Part shown: positions 1-10,175 of the stretch, piece after piece
How positions within the stretch are numbered: the stretch's first letter is position 1
Layout of the letters: each line of letters opens with the position of its first letter
DNA from: a virus
Lineage: Duplodnaviria > Heunggongvirae > Uroviricota > Caudoviricetes
Direction: 5' to 3' (one strand)
IMG/VR virus record: IMGVR_UViG_3300043410_001642
Coordinates: 41,120-105,119 of that record
Length of the DNA stretch: 64,000 bases
The notes under the pieces: generated by a model
Databases searched by the model: none
What the model saw: the letters and a program-made list of their open reading frames with translations, nothing else
What the model was told of the DNA's origin: nothing
Made by a program: the position numbers and the translations under genes

Positions 1-3
1 TAA

Positions 4-846
4 ATGAATATGTTCTATGGTTATGAATTGTTCTATGTAAATGGAACATCTTATACGGAGGGTGGAGGTTTAGAAGAGCCTGAAAGAGTTGGGGAAGAGG
101 GTTCGGTATATCGTTTCTATAAAGAAATATATAACACCCCTAAATGGAATTCTCGTACTGAAGTAAACTATGGTGCCCGTTTGAGTGAGGAGTTGGAAAT
201 TCCTTGCGTTAATGAGGCACAAAGTGGTGGAAGTTGTGAGAGGATGGTAAGGATGACATATAACTTCTTATGGGAGAATTGGTATCGTAAGGATAGATTA
301 TTCCTTATTTTAGAGAACCCTGATGGTAGTAGAGGAGAAGTGTTTTATAGAGGTAATAAATCCCATTACATCGTTAATTCTATTATGAATGATAAGGGTG
401 ATGAACAAATTTTTTCTTATGCCACCAGAGGGTATTTTAATAAGGAAACCGAAAAGGAGGACTATGAATTACAACCCCTTTTTAAGAATTGGTATGAAAA
501 TCACTTTGGGATTAGGGAGAATTGGTTAAAGAGTGAGATGGGATTTGTAGGACTATATTCGTTTTGTAAGATGAATGGAATAAGGGTGTTCGTTCAGAAT
601 GCAAATAATATCATTTTCAGAGATACCTTCAGAGAAGAAGATATAATTAAATTTGGAAATGATGAAAAAAATTACGATATTAGTAGTTGGGCACATGATA
701 ATAACCACACCATAAAGGATGAAACCAATGGTTTATCTTCAGATGGTCATTGTGGGTATTATGGTAATATTGAATATGCTAAATTATTAAAAGGATTTTT
801 GGAAAAAAAGTTTACGAAAAAAGAAAAACAAAAAACAATTATATGA
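4..846 (+). CDS. hypothetical protein
   Basis: 280-aa ORF; stop overlaps next start (ATGA at 843); part of same-strand compact array. Confidence 0.5.
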   Translation: MNMFYGYELFYVNGTSYTEGGGLEEPERVGEEGSVYRFYKEIYNTPKWNSRTEVNYGARLSEELEIPCVNEAQSGGSCERMVRMTYNFLWENWYRKDRLFLILENPDGSRGEVFYRGNKSHYIVNSIMNDKGDEQIFSYATRGYFNKETEKEDYELQPLFKNWYENHFGIRENWLKSEMGFVGLYSFCKMNGIRVFVQNANNIIFRDTFREEDIIKFGNDEKNYDISSWAHDNNHTIKDETNGLSSDGHCGYYGNIEYAKLLKGFLEKKFTKKEKQKTII

Positions 847-1451
847 AAAAATTGATAGAAAAATTTACTTCATTATTTAGAAAAAGAAGTAAAAGTTTAG
901 ATGAATCAAAGGATATGGCGGAATGGTTTAGTGGGTTGAATGAAGAAAAGAAAGCCCGTTATATGCATACCGCTGGAATTAAAACTGCATCGGCAGATAT
1001 GCAGAAAAAATGGTTAGATGATAGAATTAAGAAAGAAGAAGAGCAGAAGAATCAAATGATTAAGAAAATGATGAATGCTAAACCAATTACAAAACCTGCT
1101 AATATAGATACAACATTTTCCGATGCTACATTAGGATATACTGCTAATGAACTTAGGTCTGGAATTAATATAAACAATTTAGAACAAAGATTAGAAAGAG
1201 AAAGAAAGCAGGCAGAGAAGGATTTCCAATTGAAAAAGGATATTGATTTTCAATCACTTCCATTTAGTAGAATAACAAATGAAACTAAAGCTAAAATTGC
1301 AGAGTTAGTTAGAGAAGATATTAAGAATCAGGCAGCGGAAAAATCAAAGTTATTTCCAGAACCTGAATTAAGTGATAACGATAAATTTGTAATGAGTTTA
1401 TTTGATGAAAAAAATGATGTTATAGTTAAGAAATCAAAAAAGAAAAAATAA
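843..1451 (+). CDS. hypothetical Lys/Glu-rich coiled-coil protein
   Basis: 202-aa ORF, charged low-complexity, translationally coupled to upstream ORF. Confidence 0.5.
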   Translation: MKKLIEKFTSLFRKRSKSLDESKDMAEWFSGLNEEKKARYMHTAGIKTASADMQKKWLDDRIKKEEEQKNQMIKKMMNAKPITKPANIDTTFSDATLGYTANELRSGININNLEQRLERERKQAEKDFQLKKDIDFQSLPFSRITNETKAKIAELVREDIKNQAAEKSKLFPEPELSDNDKFVMSLFDEKNDVIVKKSKKKK

Positions 1452-1452
1452 A

Positions 1453-1608
1453 ATGAAACAATTGATTGAAAAGATTCGTAAGTTCTTTGGTATTAAAACT
1501 AAAGCGGAAAAGGAAAAGGAAAAGAGAAGAGCTGAATTAGAAGCGGAATTCCAAAAGAAATTAGAAGAATTAAGAAAGAGAGATCCATTCGTATATCACA
1601 ATAGATAA
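1453..1608 (+). CDS. small hypothetical protein (51 aa)
   Basis: ATG 2 nt after upstream stop; N-terminus MKQLIEKI resembles upstream ORF N-terminus MKKLIEKF; not in ORF track (below 60 aa). Confidence 0.3.
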   Translation: MKQLIEKIRKFFGIKTKAEKEKEKRRAELEAEFQKKLEELRKRDPFVYHNR

Positions 1609-1609
1609 T

Positions 1610-2407
1610 ATGAAAAGAAAAGCAATCGCTACTTTAATACGAACTTCCGAACCAGGAGGAAATCAATGGTTTAATAGAATTGTTTATGTTAGGAATGAAT
1701 CTATTAAACGAAATCTTAAAGTAGATAGTAATAATGTAGATTTTATTTTCTTTCATGAAATTGGTTTTAGAGAAGAAGATAAAAAAGATTTATTAAGAGA
1801 TTTAAGGAGTAGAGAAATTCATAATAAAGTTAAATTTATAGAAGTTGGTGATTTCAAACCAACTACTGAAAAATTTAATTCTATAAAGAATGATTTGATA
1901 GATGAAAACATAATACATACAGGTTATTCTTCTATGTGTAGATTTTGGTCATATGGATTTATGAAGTATTTGGATGAATATGATTATGTAATTAGAATAG
2001 ATGATGATTGTATAGCACTTTCTGATGTAAATCTTATTTTTGATGAATTAGAAACTAGATACATATCATTTCCTTATTTATCCGGAGAAAATTTTAGACC
2101 AAATTTAAAGGAATTTATTAAATCTTATTTTACAAAAACATACCCAGATAGAGAGTTTGAAGAAAGTGAAAGAATAAGAGTTCCTTATACAAATTATTGT
2201 GGATTTAATTTGAATTTAATCAAACAAAATGAAATAATAATGAATTTTTTCAAACTTATAGAACAACGAGATTACATATATAAGTACACTTGGCAAGATA
2301 CTCAATTATGGGGGTTGATTATTAAATATATGCTTACATTAGACGATTGGAGTGAGAATAAAAAAGTTAAATATATTCACATGTCTCATTTATCTTATGT
2401 AAATTAA
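1610..2407 (+). CDS. putative glycosyltransferase-like protein
   Basis: 265 aa; DxD-like motif (YVIRIDDDC); weak assignment. Confidence 0.3.
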   Translation: MKRKAIATLIRTSEPGGNQWFNRIVYVRNESIKRNLKVDSNNVDFIFFHEIGFREEDKKDLLRDLRSREIHNKVKFIEVGDFKPTTEKFNSIKNDLIDENIIHTGYSSMCRFWSYGFMKYLDEYDYVIRIDDDCIALSDVNLIFDELETRYISFPYLSGENFRPNLKEFIKSYFTKTYPDREFEESERIRVPYTNYCGFNLNLIKQNEIIMNFFKLIEQRDYIYKYTWQDTQLWGLIIKYMLTLDDWSENKKVKYIHMSHLSYVN

Positions 2408-2462
2408 ATTTGGAAAATAGAAAAATAGTTAGTATATTTGTTAAAACTTAAAAAATAAAATT

Positions 2463-2684
2463 ATGGCAAAGTATTTCGAAGTATCCGTATCAGTTAATCA
2501 CGAAGTAGATGGTGGTAAAGGCGGAGTTAAAATCAAAAAAGTAAAAGAAAATTATTTAGTAGATGCTATGACTGTTACTGAAGCAGAAGCAAGAGTAGTT
2601 AAACAATTTGAAGAATCTGGTGTTCAATTAGATTATGAAGTTACCGGTGCAAGAGAATCTAAAATCATTCAAGTAATTGATTAA
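2463..2684 (+). CDS. hypothetical protein
   Basis: 73-aa ORF in operon-like array. Confidence 0.4.
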   Translation: MAKYFEVSVSVNHEVDGGKGGVKIKKVKENYLVDAMTVTEAEARVVKQFEESGVQLDYEVTGARESKIIQVID

Positions 2685-2935
2685 TGAATACGGAAATTAA
2701 AGAAGAATATACAACGATTCTTAAAAGAGTTCCGCCAGGTGATAGATGGGTATTTGCTGATGGTAATCCATCTGCTCTAATATATCCATCTCTTACTGAT
2801 GGTTTAGAAGGATGGTTTCAATCTAAAGGTGATACACAATTCTATATTGATGCTAAGAAAGGAATTGTTCAAATAGTTAAAAGAGAAGAAGTAGAAAAAC
2901 CGGTTACAAAGTATTCTTTATATGGAGAAGACTAA
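2684..2935 (+). CDS. hypothetical protein
   Basis: 83-aa ORF; TAATG overlap with upstream. Confidence 0.4.
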   Translation: MNTEIKEEYTTILKRVPPGDRWVFADGNPSALIYPSLTDGLEGWFQSKGDTQFYIDAKKGIVQIVKREEVEKPVTKYSLYGED

Positions 2936-3377
2936 GATATTAGTTATATGTAGTGGATATTTCAATCCTGTTCATAAAGGGCATATTGAATATCTGAAGA
3001 AAAGTAAAGAAGCGGGAACATACCTCTATGTAATTGTTAATAACGATTTACAAAGAGAAATGAAAGGTTCTGCACCATTTATGGAAGCTGAAGAAAGAAA
3101 GTTAATCATTGAATCACTTAAATTTGTAGATGAAGCAATGGTTGCGATTGATGATGATAGAATGGTTAATAGAAGTATTAAATGGATAATGGCCAAAATG
3201 GGTCATCAATTTGATTTAGTATATTTTGCAAATGGTGGAGACCAAAATAAAGATACAATTGGAGAAACTGAAATGTGTAACCAATTGGGTATTCAGTTAT
3301 TAGATAATTTAGGAGATAAAATTCAATCTTCATCATGGTTAATAAAAGATTCAAATGAGTTTCATAATAGGAAATAA
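2922..3377 (+). CDS. cytidylyltransferase-fold nucleotidyltransferase (HxGH family; RfaE domain II / TagD / NMNAT-like)
   Basis: N-terminal motif ICSGYFNPVHKGHIEYL...YVIVNNDL matches (T/H)xGH nucleotidyltransferase signature. Confidence 0.6.
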   Translation: MEKTKILVICSGYFNPVHKGHIEYLKKSKEAGTYLYVIVNNDLQREMKGSAPFMEAEERKLIIESLKFVDEAMVAIDDDRMVNRSIKWIMAKMGHQFDLVYFANGGDQNKDTIGETEMCNQLGIQLLDNLGDKIQSSSWLIKDSNEFHNRK

Positions 3378-3672
3378 ATGTATTGGATGTGTAGATGGTT
3401 CTTGTTTAAAAGTATGTCCAATAGATTGTATCCATGGGCCTATTTATATTGATAATATGGGTAGGGAATTGGAATCCGTTAGAAATGAAGGTGGAGTAGA
3501 AGGATTACAACTTTATATAGACCCAAAGGAATGTATTAATTGTGGTGCTTGTGTTCCGGAATGTCCAGTGGATGCTATTTATTCAACGGAAAAAGAAGCA
3601 ATTGCATTGGGAGATGAAAAATCAGTACATGATAATTATGAATTCTTCGGTATGAGTTATACGAAAAAATAA
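3355..3672 (+). CDS. 2x[4Fe-4S] ferredoxin
   Basis: Two CxxCxxCxxxCP motifs (CIGCVDGSCLKVCP; CINCGACVPECP). Confidence 0.75.
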   Translation: MSFIIGNKCIGCVDGSCLKVCPIDCIHGPIYIDNMGRELESVRNEGGVEGLQLYIDPKECINCGACVPECPVDAIYSTEKEAIALGDEKSVHDNYEFFGMSYTKK

Positions 3673-3708
3673 TATATTTATATTTAAATTTAACCTAAAC
3701 AAACAATT

Positions 3709-3972
3709 ATGAGCACAATCATTTTGGTAGTCGTTATTTTAGCAGTTGCTGGATTCGTTGGATACACTTTGACTAAAAAGGGTGTAATTAAAGACGAAAA
3801 CAACAACAACATTCCTGATGTAATTGAAGAAAAAATCAATGAAGTTGAGAAAGCTGTTGAAGTAGTTAAAACTACCGCAAAAAGAGCTAAAAAAGTAGCT
3901 AAAGAAGTAACTGAAGTTGCTGAAGTAGTAGCTAAACCTAAAAGAGGTAGAAAACCTGCTTCTCAAAAGTAA
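3709..3972 (+). CDS. membrane-anchored Lys-rich hypothetical protein
   Basis: N-terminal hydrophobic helix then K/E/V-rich tail. Confidence 0.4.
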   Translation: MSTIILVVVILAVAGFVGYTLTKKGVIKDENNNNIPDVIEEKINEVEKAVEVVKTTAKRAKKVAKEVTEVAEVVAKPKRGRKPASQK

Positions 3973-3991
3973 TAAGAAACATTAGAAGTTT

Positions 3992-4741
3992 ATGATTATC
4001 ACTCCTATATTGGAAAAATATACGGATACAAAATCCCTATATAATGAGTTCATTTCAAATGGGCCATTTCCTAATATAGAAATTCCTAATTTTCTTAACG
4101 ATGAATTGGTAATTAACATGAAAAATGAAATTACCGATTCCTATCGTAAACACAACCATCTTCTTAAGAATTTTACTAGAAATGGTTCTCACATGGTGGA
4201 GTTGTGTGAAGCAGGAGACATTTGTCCACTTGCTCACCAACTTATCGGTGATTTACATTCCAAATACTTTTTGGATTTCTTAGAAAAGGTAACGGGTATT
4301 GATGGATTAATTCCTGACCCCTGGTTAGTTGGAGCATCTTATATGAGATGTTATAGAGGAGATTCTCTTCAAGTTCACACTGATTTCAATTGGAACGAAA
4401 AATTAAAATTACATAGAGCACTAACATTAGTTATTTATCTGAATCCTATATGGGATGAAAGATGGAATGGTGATATACAATTGTGGGATAAAGATAGAAC
4501 ACGATGTGTTAAAAAATATTATCCTATGAGTGGTAATATGGTATTATGGGAATATAATAAACAGGCATTCCATGGCCACCCAAAACCATTAAATTGCCCA
4601 GAACATATTACGAGAGATGGTATTAGATTATTTTATTATACATCTGATGCTGAACATAAAAAAGATGACCCTCCACATCGTTCTCTATATTGGTATGATG
4701 AAAAAACTAAAGAATCCTTTGATAAAAGAGAAGAGTTCTAA
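3992..4741 (+). CDS. 2OG-Fe(II) oxygenase superfamily protein
   Basis: HxD...H arrangement (VHTDFN ... FHGHPKP) typical of prolyl-hydroxylase-like dioxygenases. Confidence 0.45.
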   Translation: MIITPILEKYTDTKSLYNEFISNGPFPNIEIPNFLNDELVINMKNEITDSYRKHNHLLKNFTRNGSHMVELCEAGDICPLAHQLIGDLHSKYFLDFLEKVTGIDGLIPDPWLVGASYMRCYRGDSLQVHTDFNWNEKLKLHRALTLVIYLNPIWDERWNGDIQLWDKDRTRCVKKYYPMSGNMVLWEYNKQAFHGHPKPLNCPEHITRDGIRLFYYTSDAEHKKDDPPHRSLYWYDEKTKESFDKREEF

Positions 4742-4750
4742 TACTTATTT

Positions 4751-4933
4751 TTGATGAGACGATTTTTCAGAACAAAAGATGAAAAGCGAGTATTCGGAGT
4801 TTGTGGTGGTTTATCATGTTATACCAACACTGACCCACTTATATGGAGATTAGTTTTCTTAGGGCTATTCTTTACTCCATTTCCGATTATCTCTGTCTAT
4901 ATTTTAACCACTATATTATCGGAATCCAAATGA
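4751..4933 (+). CDS. PspC-domain membrane protein
   Basis: RVFGVCGGLSCYTNTDPLIWRLVFL followed by a TM helix, matching the PspC N-terminal domain pattern. Confidence 0.55.
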   Translation: MMRRFFRTKDEKRVFGVCGGLSCYTNTDPLIWRLVFLGLFFTPFPIISVYILTTILSESK

Positions 4934-5130
4934 AAAAGATTCTACAATTGTTAATATATTGTGGATAACTTAAATTTGTAAATATGAAATATTATTCTTA
5001 CATTTGTTACATGAATTTAATTTTAGGGAATTATACAAACTTTTTAATATACGAATAGAAGTAATAGGTGAGGCGGCATCCTCGCCTATTTTTTTATATA
5101 AACAAAACAAAAACAAAAAAACAAACAATT

Positions 5131-7674
5131 ATGAAAAAAGCAGGATTATTGTTATCGGCTCTATTTGTTACCTTTGTTTCCTTCGGGCAAATTAAGGGTA
5201 GAGTAGTTGACGGAACAACAAAAGAAGTGCTAGTTGGTGCAACAATTAGTAATGGAAAAGGCGGCGTTACTTCAGGATTAGATGGAACTTTTGAATTTAA
5301 ATCAGCGAAAGTTGGTGATAAATTGAAAGCATCATTCGTAGGATATGCGCAAAAGGAAATAGTTGCGGCTAATGATATCACAATTGAATTACAATCAACT
5401 TCAATCGGTTTGAAAGAAGTAGCTGTAATTGCATCTTATGGTATCGATAGAAAAACACCAGCGGCTATCTCATCAATTTCAACAAAGTTTGCAGTTGAAA
5501 ACTTAGGTTCACAAGAATTACCTGAATTAGTAAAAATCACTCCATCTGCATTTATTACAAAAGGTGGTGGTGGAACTGGTGATTCTCGTATTAACATTAG
5601 AGGATTTGACCAAAAGAATGTGGCAATCTTAATTAATGGTGTGCCAGTAAATGATATGGAGAGTGGTTGGGTTTATTTCTCAAACTGGGCAGGTATCGGT
5701 GATGCATTAAAACAAATGCAAGTTCAAAGAGGTTTAGGAGCATCTAAATTAGCAATTCAATCAGTTGGTGGTACAATGAATATTATCACTAAAACTACTG
5801 ATGCTGAAAAGGGTGGTTCTATCCAACAATCATTAACTGATTATGGTATGAGTAAAACTACATTATCATTATCAACTGGTAATACTAAATACGGAGCATT
5901 TTCTTTCGTAGGTAGTAGAACTTTTGGTAATGGATATATTGATGGAACTTATACAAAAGCATATTCTTATTTCTTATCTTATGCCAAAGATTTAGGTAAG
6001 AATCATAAAATTCAATTCACTGCAATTGGAGCTCCACAAGAGCATGGCCAAAGAACATCTCGTTTAACTCCGGTAGAATATACAAAGTATGGTTTGAAAT
6101 ATAACAAGGATATCTACACTATCAATGGAGAACAAAACAATATCGCAACAAACTATTATCACAAACCAATTTTCAGTTTAAATCACTATTGGACAATTTC
6201 TCCAAAGACGACTTTAAATACTTCAGCTTATGCTTCAATTGGTCATGGTGGTGGTAGTGGTGCAATTGGTTCTTATGCTTCTACAATTGTTAGAGATGCA
6301 GAAGGTCATTTAGTATTAGACCCTCAAGTTGCAATTAACGCAGCATCTACAACGGGTTCTAAATATGGTATCCGTAACTCAATCAATAACCACACATGGT
6401 ATGGTGTGTTATCAACTTTAAATCATGATTTAACTGATAACTTAAACTTAACATTAGGTGTTGATGCGAGAACTTACAAAGGAACTCACTTCAGAGAAAT
6501 GAGAGATTTAATTGGTGGTTCTTATTACAAAGATATCTTTGTAACAAAAGCAACTGTTGACCCGAATGCAAGTGATTATATTGATATCACAAAGATTACT
6601 CCTGAAAATAATCGTGTTGCTTATGACAACGATGGTTTGGTTGATTACGAAGGTACATTCGGACAATTAGAGTATTCAAAAGATAAATTATCAGCATTCG
6701 TACAAGGTGCAATTTCTCAAACTCAATATCAAAGAGCAGATAGATATTATGCTAATCAAGTAGAACATTTATCAGAGAAAGTAAATATCACAGGATACAA
6801 CTATAAAGGTGGATTTAATTACAACTTTGATGGTAAAAACAATATCTTTGTTAATGCTGGTCAATATAGTAGAGCACCTTACTTCTCATTCATCTTCAAC
6901 GGAGCATCGCCAACTTCTGCTACTGCAATCAATAGTGGTAATGTGGTAAACTCTAACATTAAGAATGAAGAAGCAACTGCATATGAAGTAGGATATGGTT
7001 TCAGAAGTAGAGCATTCCGTTTCAAAGCAAATGCATACTATACCGATTTCGCAAATCGTTCTTTAACTTCTCCGTTATTAACAAATGCAGATGGAACACA
7101 ATATAGAGCTTTAATTACAGGTCAAGGTGCATTACACCAAGGTTTAGAATTTGAAGCGGCTGTTAAAGTAACTTCTAAATTAGACATCAATGGTTTCGCA
7201 TCATTTGGTGATTGGAAGTGGAAAGGTAATGCATCAGCAGTTATCAGAGATGAAGTTAAAAATACTGATGTTAAAACAAACATTTATTCCGATGGATTAT
7301 ATGTAGGTGACCAACCACAAACACAATTAGGTGCTTACGCAAGATATCAAGTAACGAAAGGATTGGATGTATCGGCAACTTATACTTACAATGATAAGTA
7401 TTTTGCTTACTATGACCCAACTTCTCGTACTAATCCTGCAATCACTGCACAACCTTATCAATTACCTGCATTTGGTGTAACTGATGCAAGAGTTGGATAT
7501 AAATTTAAATTAGGTAAGTATGAAACATATGCACAATATCAAGTGTATAACTTATTTAATGAAGATTATTGGGTTGAAGCAAATGATGCCGGCGGTACTG
7601 CAGTAGGTACATTAGGTAGTGGTTTCAAAGGATGGGGAATTAACCAAAACTTTAGTTTGAAAGTTAGTTTCTAA
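5131..7674 (+). CDS. TonB-dependent receptor-like outer membrane protein (SusC/CarbopepD_reg type)
   Basis: Signal peptide MKKAGLLLSALFVTFVSFGQ; N-terminal carboxypeptidase-regulatory-like domain (IKGRVVDG...); plug-like region; 868 aa track ORF ends in terminal F (KVSF). Track start 5068 is a GTG; ATG at 5131 preferred. Confidence 0.7.
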   Translation: MKKAGLLLSALFVTFVSFGQIKGRVVDGTTKEVLVGATISNGKGGVTSGLDGTFEFKSAKVGDKLKASFVGYAQKEIVAANDITIELQSTSIGLKEVAVIASYGIDRKTPAAISSISTKFAVENLGSQELPELVKITPSAFITKGGGGTGDSRINIRGFDQKNVAILINGVPVNDMESGWVYFSNWAGIGDALKQMQVQRGLGASKLAIQSVGGTMNIITKTTDAEKGGSIQQSLTDYGMSKTTLSLSTGNTKYGAFSFVGSRTFGNGYIDGTYTKAYSYFLSYAKDLGKNHKIQFTAIGAPQEHGQRTSRLTPVEYTKYGLKYNKDIYTINGEQNNIATNYYHKPIFSLNHYWTISPKTTLNTSAYASIGHGGGSGAIGSYASTIVRDAEGHLVLDPQVAINAASTTGSKYGIRNSINNHTWYGVLSTLNHDLTDNLNLTLGVDARTYKGTHFREMRDLIGGSYYKDIFVTKATVDPNASDYIDITKITPENNRVAYDNDGLVDYEGTFGQLEYSKDKLSAFVQGAISQTQYQRADRYYANQVEHLSEKVNITGYNYKGGFNYNFDGKNNIFVNAGQYSRAPYFSFIFNGASPTSATAINSGNVVNSNIKNEEATAYEVGYGFRSRAFRFKANAYYTDFANRSLTSPLLTNADGTQYRALITGQGALHQGLEFEAAVKVTSKLDINGFASFGDWKWKGNASAVIRDEVKNTDVKTNIYSDGLYVGDQPQTQLGAYARYQVTKGLDVSATYTYNDKYFAYYDPTSRTNPAITAQPYQLPAFGVTDARVGYKFKLGKYETYAQYQVYNLFNEDYWVEANDAGGTAVGTLGSGFKGWGINQNFSLKVSF

Positions 7675-7699
7675 TTTAAGAAATAAAAATAATAAAAAA

Positions 7700-7726
7700 C
7701 CCTCACTTATTGTGGGGGTTTTTATT
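7700..7726 (+). terminator. rho-independent terminator after TonB-dependent receptor gene
   Basis: CCCTCAC-TTATT-GTGGGGG hairpin + TTTTTATTTT. Confidence 0.6.
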
Positions 7727-7833
7727 TTAATGGTAATAGTCAAAGTTACAACTTCTATATTTATAGATGGTTATTTAAATTTTGTTTTGTAAATTGTTAT
7801 ATATTTGAGTTTTAAAAAAAAATATTTCGTTTT

Positions 7834-8484
7834 ATGAAACAAGCAGCATTACATTTAAAAAACAATATAGGAGATTACTTAGGTAAAGGATTTCTTATAT
7901 TAGTAGGGTTTTGGATATTATTTGCCCTATGTTTTCAATTATTCTTTGTTTATCTACATTTTTCTGGCAATGATGATTTAGGAACTAAAATTTCTAATGA
8001 AATTATGTGGAAAATTGATGGAACATTCAAAAATAATCCAGGTAACATTTGGTATAATGCCGAAGAGCATATTTGGGTTGAATCGGTAACCAATCAAGTT
8101 AAAATAGGAAAATTAGCCGGAAATAGAAATTTAGAATTCGGTTTAAAAAATATATTAGAAGAGTTTTTACAAGAGAAAGGTTTGGATTTAGCTCCAGATG
8201 CTACTCAAAAATTAAAAGTGGACATCGTTTATTTAGATGTTCTGACTACAAAAAAGAATATATCAGTATTCCACTCTAATGAGGAGGAAGTTGTTATCCG
8301 TTTAAGAGGAACACTCTATAAAAATGGTAAAAAAGACAAAGAGGTTATGGTTGAAGAAAGTTCATCGGAAATCTCTATGGCAACTTTGATAGTAGATGAG
8401 GGTGGTGGTTTCAACCAAACTTCCTTAAGTAATGCACTTAAGAAAGGTTGTGGAAAACTTGTAACCAAATTACTAGAAAAGTAA
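7834..8484 (+). CDS. hypothetical membrane protein
   Basis: 216 aa; hydrophobic N-terminal segment; TAnnTTTG box about 25 nt upstream. Confidence 0.4.
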   Translation: MKQAALHLKNNIGDYLGKGFLILVGFWILFALCFQLFFVYLHFSGNDDLGTKISNEIMWKIDGTFKNNPGNIWYNAEEHIWVESVTNQVKIGKLAGNRNLEFGLKNILEEFLQEKGLDLAPDATQKLKVDIVYLDVLTTKKNISVFHSNEEEVVIRLRGTLYKNGKKDKEVMVEESSSEISMATLIVDEGGGFNQTSLSNALKKGCGKLVTKLLEK

Positions 8485-8485
8485 A

Positions 8486-10174
8486 ATGAAAAAAATCTTA
8501 TTATTTTTAGGGGTATTGATGGTATCCCTATCATCGTTTGGTCAATTAACTATTAATAGAACGATATCACCAATATCTACAACATACAAAGTTGGTGATA
8601 CATTGACCGTAAAATATGTTATAGATAAAGGAACAAATCCTGTAACGACACCTCGTTATTTTTGGTTAAGATATCAGTATAGTAATAAATCATTATTATT
8701 ATTACCGAACTCTACAACTTATGGACAAGGAACTTCGGTGCAAACTTACAACACTGAATGGGCTAATTACAAATTCACTTCAAATTCAACTAAACCTGCG
8801 ACATCTTTATATGAGCAATATTTGGCATCACCATGGAGTTTTGTTGTAAATTCAGATTGGAATGTTGGACAATTGACTGTTCAGAGAACTGATGCATCTA
8901 TTAATGGTGAATTGGCATCTCAAAAATTTATTATTAAAGATAACCTATCTTATACTGATATTCATAGTTTAATATTAGCATATTCAATTGATGCAACTTC
9001 TGCGTATATTTCACCTATTACAACAACCGGTGATGTAATATCATTGGGTAATGTAAAAGGTGGTTCTTCATCGTTTAAAGTTAAAGTGGCATTCCCATCA
9101 ACTTATACTACAATCACCGACCATAATGTTCAATTGATGAGATTGAAAACGGATGGTAGTGGAACGATAGATTGGTCACAGCAACCTATCACAACTGCTC
9201 CATTGGATGCAAGCGGTGAGGCTACATTTACTACATTAAAGATTGGAGATTCAGTTGGTGTATTTGTCGCACCTGCATATCAAAAGACTTGGATGAATAA
9301 TGTTGTGACAGTATCAGATGCATATAAAGCATTCTTAGCAATTTCACAAGTTGATATTAATGGTAATCCTACATATTTCACATATCCTAATTTGGAAAAG
9401 AAAGTTGGTATAATTACAAAGAACAAAATGGCATTTAGTGAAAGTGATGGATATTATTTATTTTCTCATGTAATGGGAATTAATGTAGATTCAAATGCAA
9501 TGATTCCAACTGCAACTTCAACATCAGTTAGATGGTATAGTGGTTTATTGAATCAAGGCTGGTTAGATGGAACACCTACAAATAAAGTGGTAATAACTGC
9601 AAACACACAAACTGCTAATGCGGTATTTGCATGGGGTGGTGATTTAAACTGGTCACATTCAACTGATCCAGCGGTAGTTGCACAAAACATTTCAACTAAT
9701 ACAAATGTAACTAATTCAGTAAAATCATTAGGATTGATAACAATGAATATTAAAACTGCTGAAGCATCAGTTGGTGCAGCAGTTGGTGCATATCAAGTAG
9801 CTGAAAATCCAAAAGCAACTCTAAGTGTAAATTCATCATTGGTAGATGGTAAAGTAGTATTAACTACAACTTTAACAAAAGAAGGATTAGCTGGTTTAGA
9901 AGTAATTATGAATTATGATGATAGTAAATTAACTTTGGATAATGTAATATTTGATGCAGGTTCTACTATTACAAATTTCTCTACACATGATAATGGTAGA
10001 TTAACATTTGGTTCTATTGACCAATTGAAAACGGCAAGAATTAAAATAGGAACTCCATATAAATTAATATTTACTCCTAAGACATCTTTAACGAACACCG
10101 CAGGTTTATTCTACTTTGTATTATCAGATGCGGTAGATGCATCAGGAAATAAAATAGACTTAATTGTTGAATAA
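8486..10174 (+). CDS. secreted hypothetical protein
   Basis: 562 aa; signal peptide MKKILLFLGVLMVSLSSFGQ; T/S/N-rich beta-type composition. Confidence 0.45.
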   Translation: MKKILLFLGVLMVSLSSFGQLTINRTISPISTTYKVGDTLTVKYVIDKGTNPVTTPRYFWLRYQYSNKSLLLLPNSTTYGQGTSVQTYNTEWANYKFTSNSTKPATSLYEQYLASPWSFVVNSDWNVGQLTVQRTDASINGELASQKFIIKDNLSYTDIHSLILAYSIDATSAYISPITTTGDVISLGNVKGGSSSFKVKVAFPSTYTTITDHNVQLMRLKTDGSGTIDWSQQPITTAPLDASGEATFTTLKIGDSVGVFVAPAYQKTWMNNVVTVSDAYKAFLAISQVDINGNPTYFTYPNLEKKVGIITKNKMAFSESDGYYLFSHVMGINVDSNAMIPTATSTSVRWYSGLLNQGWLDGTPTNKVVITANTQTANAVFAWGGDLNWSHSTDPAVVAQNISTNTNVTNSVKSLGLITMNIKTAEASVGAAVGAYQVAENPKATLSVNSSLVDGKVVLTTTLTKEGLAGLEVIMNYDDSKLTLDNVIFDAGSTITNFSTHDNGRLTFGSIDQLKTARIKIGTPYKLIFTPKTSLTNTAGLFYFVLSDAVDASGNKIDLIVE

Positions 10175-10175
10175 T

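Noticed and set aside
5004-5195. ORF 5004-5195 and the GTG start at 5068 for the receptor gene
   Set aside because: The ATG at 5131 immediately precedes a canonical signal peptide (MKKAGLLLSALFVTFVSFGQ). The upstream region holds a promoter box and a hairpin/T-tract, so the longer reading frames are unlikely to be translated.
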